DNA of 45,436 nt from a virus (lineage: Duplodnaviria > Caudoviricetes): IMG/VR virus record IMGVR_UViG_3300005805_006996, positions 1 to 45,436 of that record. One strand, 5' to 3'. Below, one piece after another: positions 43,325 to 45,436 of the stretch. The translations under genes and the position numbers were made by a program. Under the pieces are notes generated by a model. It was given only the letters and a program-made list of their open reading frames with translations, was not told the origin of the DNA and made no database searches. The number at the start of each line of letters is the position of its first letter. The stretch's first letter is position 1.

Positions 43325-44704
43325 ATGGCAAATTTGATACTTTGGAATTGTTACAACATTGATTATGCTCCCGTTAGACCAGCCGGACCGCATCAGCTGG
43401 CTCATTGGTTGAATATTCATGGATACAATGTTAAAGTCATTGATTTTTGTCATTTGATGTCCGCGGATGATTTAGTAAATATTACACTTAAGCATGTTGG
43501 TAACGACACGATAGCCATAGGTGTAAGTACAACATTTTGGCATACTGAAAACAAGGCACTTCATAAGACTGAGCCGGACTGGGTCTTAAACGCTAGACAG
43601 AAATTAAGTAATATAAATGTCAAGTGGATGTTAGGAGGAGCCAATAGTAATGGAAATTTTTTGCTACCATGGGATATACTACATGGACACGCAGAAGATT
43701 CATTACTAAAATACATGGATGAGAATTCTTCAAAAAGTTTTCTTAGACCTAGTTTCGATATAACGAAACTAGAAAATTGTTTTTATGATGACTTGGCTAT
43801 ACAGCCTGATGAAGTATTACCTATAGAGTTAAGTCGTGGCTGTCAGTTCAAGTGTAGATTTTGCAGATATCCTCTTTTGGGAAAAAAGAAAAATACATAC
43901 ATTCGTGATTACAAATTGATAGAACAAGAGTTTTTAGAAAACTATCATAGATATGGTGTGACTAAATATTTTTTTCTAGATGATACTGTAAATGAAAGTG
44001 ATGAGAAGGTAGAAAATTTAGCAGAGATTGCACAACGATTACCATTCAAGCTAAGTTGGTTTGGTTATAATAGACTAGATATAATAGGTGTTAAGCCGCA
44101 TACAGCCGAGTTGTTAAAGCTGAGTGGGTTGAAAAGTTCATTTTTCGGTATTGAAAGCTTTCATCCACAGGCGAGTAAGATCGTAGGTAAAGGTTGGAGT
44201 GGCGCTAAAGGTAAAGAGTTTATCTTAAACTTAAGAGAAGAATGGAAGTCTGATATAAATTTTACTTTAGCCTTTATCATAGGTTTAACTGGAGAAACAG
44301 AACAAGATATCGACGCCACACATCAGTGGTGTATAGATAATGATATGCCCAGCTGGAGATTTGCGGGTCTGCACATTAATGCAGGGGATAATCAAATTTG
44401 GAAAAGTGACTTTGATTTGAACTATAGCTTATATGGATACAAGATACCTTTTCCAAATAATAAAGAATTTTGGATTAACAAACATTGGACTAGTATAACT
44501 GCGAGACAAAAAGCAAAAGCGTTGACTATAGATTTACAGCCGAGAACTAAGCCTGCAGTTTGGCTGCTAGGTGAATTATCTACTTTGGGTTATGATATGT
44601 CATATCTAATGCAAACTTATAAAAAAGATATCGACTGGGAAGATGTTAGGCAACGCAACAAACAGTTTGTTAATTTTTATGTATGGAAGCAATTAAATGA
44701 ATAA
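43325..44704 (+). CDS. Radical SAM protein with B12-binding-like N-terminal domain
   Basis: GVSTTF, LGGA, ELSRGCQFKCRFC, DDTVN, FGIES, FIIGLTGET. Confidence 0.85.
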   Translation: MANLILWNCYNIDYAPVRPAGPHQLAHWLNIHGYNVKVIDFCHLMSADDLVNITLKHVGNDTIAIGVSTTFWHTENKALHKTEPDWVLNARQKLSNINVKWMLGGANSNGNFLLPWDILHGHAEDSLLKYMDENSSKSFLRPSFDITKLENCFYDDLAIQPDEVLPIELSRGCQFKCRFCRYPLLGKKKNTYIRDYKLIEQEFLENYHRYGVTKYFFLDDTVNESDEKVENLAEIAQRLPFKLSWFGYNRLDIIGVKPHTAELLKLSGLKSSFFGIESFHPQASKIVGKGWSGAKGKEFILNLREEWKSDINFTLAFIIGLTGETEQDIDATHQWCIDNDMPSWRFAGLHINAGDNQIWKSDFDLNYSLYGYKIPFPNNKEFWINKHWTSITARQKAKALTIDLQPRTKPAVWLLGELSTLGYDMSYLMQTYKKDIDWEDVRQRNKQFVNFYVWKQLNE

Positions 44705-45269
44705 TATACTTTGGTGTCCAATAGACTTACCTAAATGTCCAGTAATTCCATCTGCTAAAACTGATTTTGTTTGGCATTTTTGGGAAGTTACCAAGCTAAC
44801 CGTAAATCACGACAATCCATACGATGTAACAGATTTTACAGAAGAAGTAAAAACGCTACATCCTGAGTTGGTGAAATGGTTTGAATTTTTTCCTTATAAA
44901 AATATAAGGAATATAAAATTGAATCATCAAATTACTCCGGTTAAAAGACACATAGATTTTACCAAGCCAGACATGGACCCATTGCTGCATGAAAATAATG
45001 CATTCAATGAGCCATGTGGGTATAGAATTCTATTAAAGGGCACTCGCAAAAATAAGTTGTATGTAGTACAAAATGGAGAAAAAATATATTGCGAAATGCC
45101 TGAAGATACTGACGTATACGTATTGGGACACACCTCTACTATGCACGGTGTCGATGATGATGAAGATAGGTGGACCATCTTTACGCATTTCGAAATCGAT
45201 GAATCAAGGCATCAAGAATTGCTCCAAAAATCATTGACAAAATATTCGAAATATGCTATTATTCGTTAA
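44697..45269 (+). CDS. 2OG-Fe(II)/cupin-like oxygenase
   Basis: RHID...MHGV...RW. Confidence 0.55.
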   Translation: MNNILWCPIDLPKCPVIPSAKTDFVWHFWEVTKLTVNHDNPYDVTDFTEEVKTLHPELVKWFEFFPYKNIRNIKLNHQITPVKRHIDFTKPDMDPLLHENNAFNEPCGYRILLKGTRKNKLYVVQNGEKIYCEMPEDTDVYVLGHTSTMHGVDDDEDRWTIFTHFEIDESRHQELLQKSLTKYSKYAIIR

Positions 45270-45279
45270 ATAAGATTAC

Positions 45280-45354
45280 GCCGAATTAGCACAGTGGTAG
45301 TGCAATCGCCTTGTAAGCGATAGGTCGTCTGTTCGAATCAGACATTCGGCACCA
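45280..45354 (+). tRNA. tRNA-Thr(TGT)
   Basis: Canonical cloverleaf, loop CT-TGT-AA, CCA. Confidence 0.92.
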
Positions 45355-45361
45355 ATCAATT

Positions 45362-45436
45362 CCCTGGTAGCTCAGTGGTAGAGTAGACGATCATATTTCA
45401 CGTCAACGGTTTTGTCCGAACCCTTGACGCGCATGC
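45362..45436 (+). tRNA. Partial tRNA-like gene (5' half followed by non-canonical sequence; runs off window)
   Basis: TCCCTGG TA GCTC AGTGGTA GAGT A GACG..., then an 11-nt loop and no T-arm within the window. Confidence 0.4.

Noticed and set aside
1-45436. Genome-wide UAG reassignment (alternative genetic code)
   Set aside because: Recognisable genes are full length in code 11, and TAG terminates complete genes such as the HNH (43286-88) and the methyltransferase ending at 22904.

Overview
AT-rich segment of a large T4-like (jumbo-type) phage genome, probably infecting an aquatic proteobacterium (inference). Bases 1-22.9k hold nrdA/nrdB/glutaredoxin, a PAAR spike and putative virion proteins, a SleB-like hydrolase, metK, iscU, a radical SAM enzyme, sugar-nucleotide genes, a Pho-box-preceded pstS, and ahpC/ahpD split by an ADP-heptose-type cassette. 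Bases 22.9-34.2k are an accessory island of PP-loop ATPases, 2OG-Fe(II)-like oxygenases, desaturases, a TctC-like protein and an amidohydrolase. Bases 34.2-45.4k are an array of about 31 tRNA/tRNA-like genes mixed with unannotated structured RNAs. The most striking signals concern tRNA and translation control. (1) A 45-codon leader ORF using all 20 amino acids and 37 different codons is coupled to an antiterminator/terminator pair at the head of the tRNA array. (2) A repeated RNA scaffold (GGAUGC/GGAUAC stem + C(A/U)GCAA) displays isolated anticodon arms (Ser-GCU, Ile-GAU, Lys-UUU), a tRNA-elbow-like insert and a complete circularly permuted tRNA opened at the anticodon. (3) An amber-suppressor tRNA sits directly upstream of a gene with an in-frame UAG at codon 3. 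(4) There is a ~200-nt minimal RNase P RNA and a hammerhead ribozyme. All calls come from manual reading; no searches or folding programs were run.
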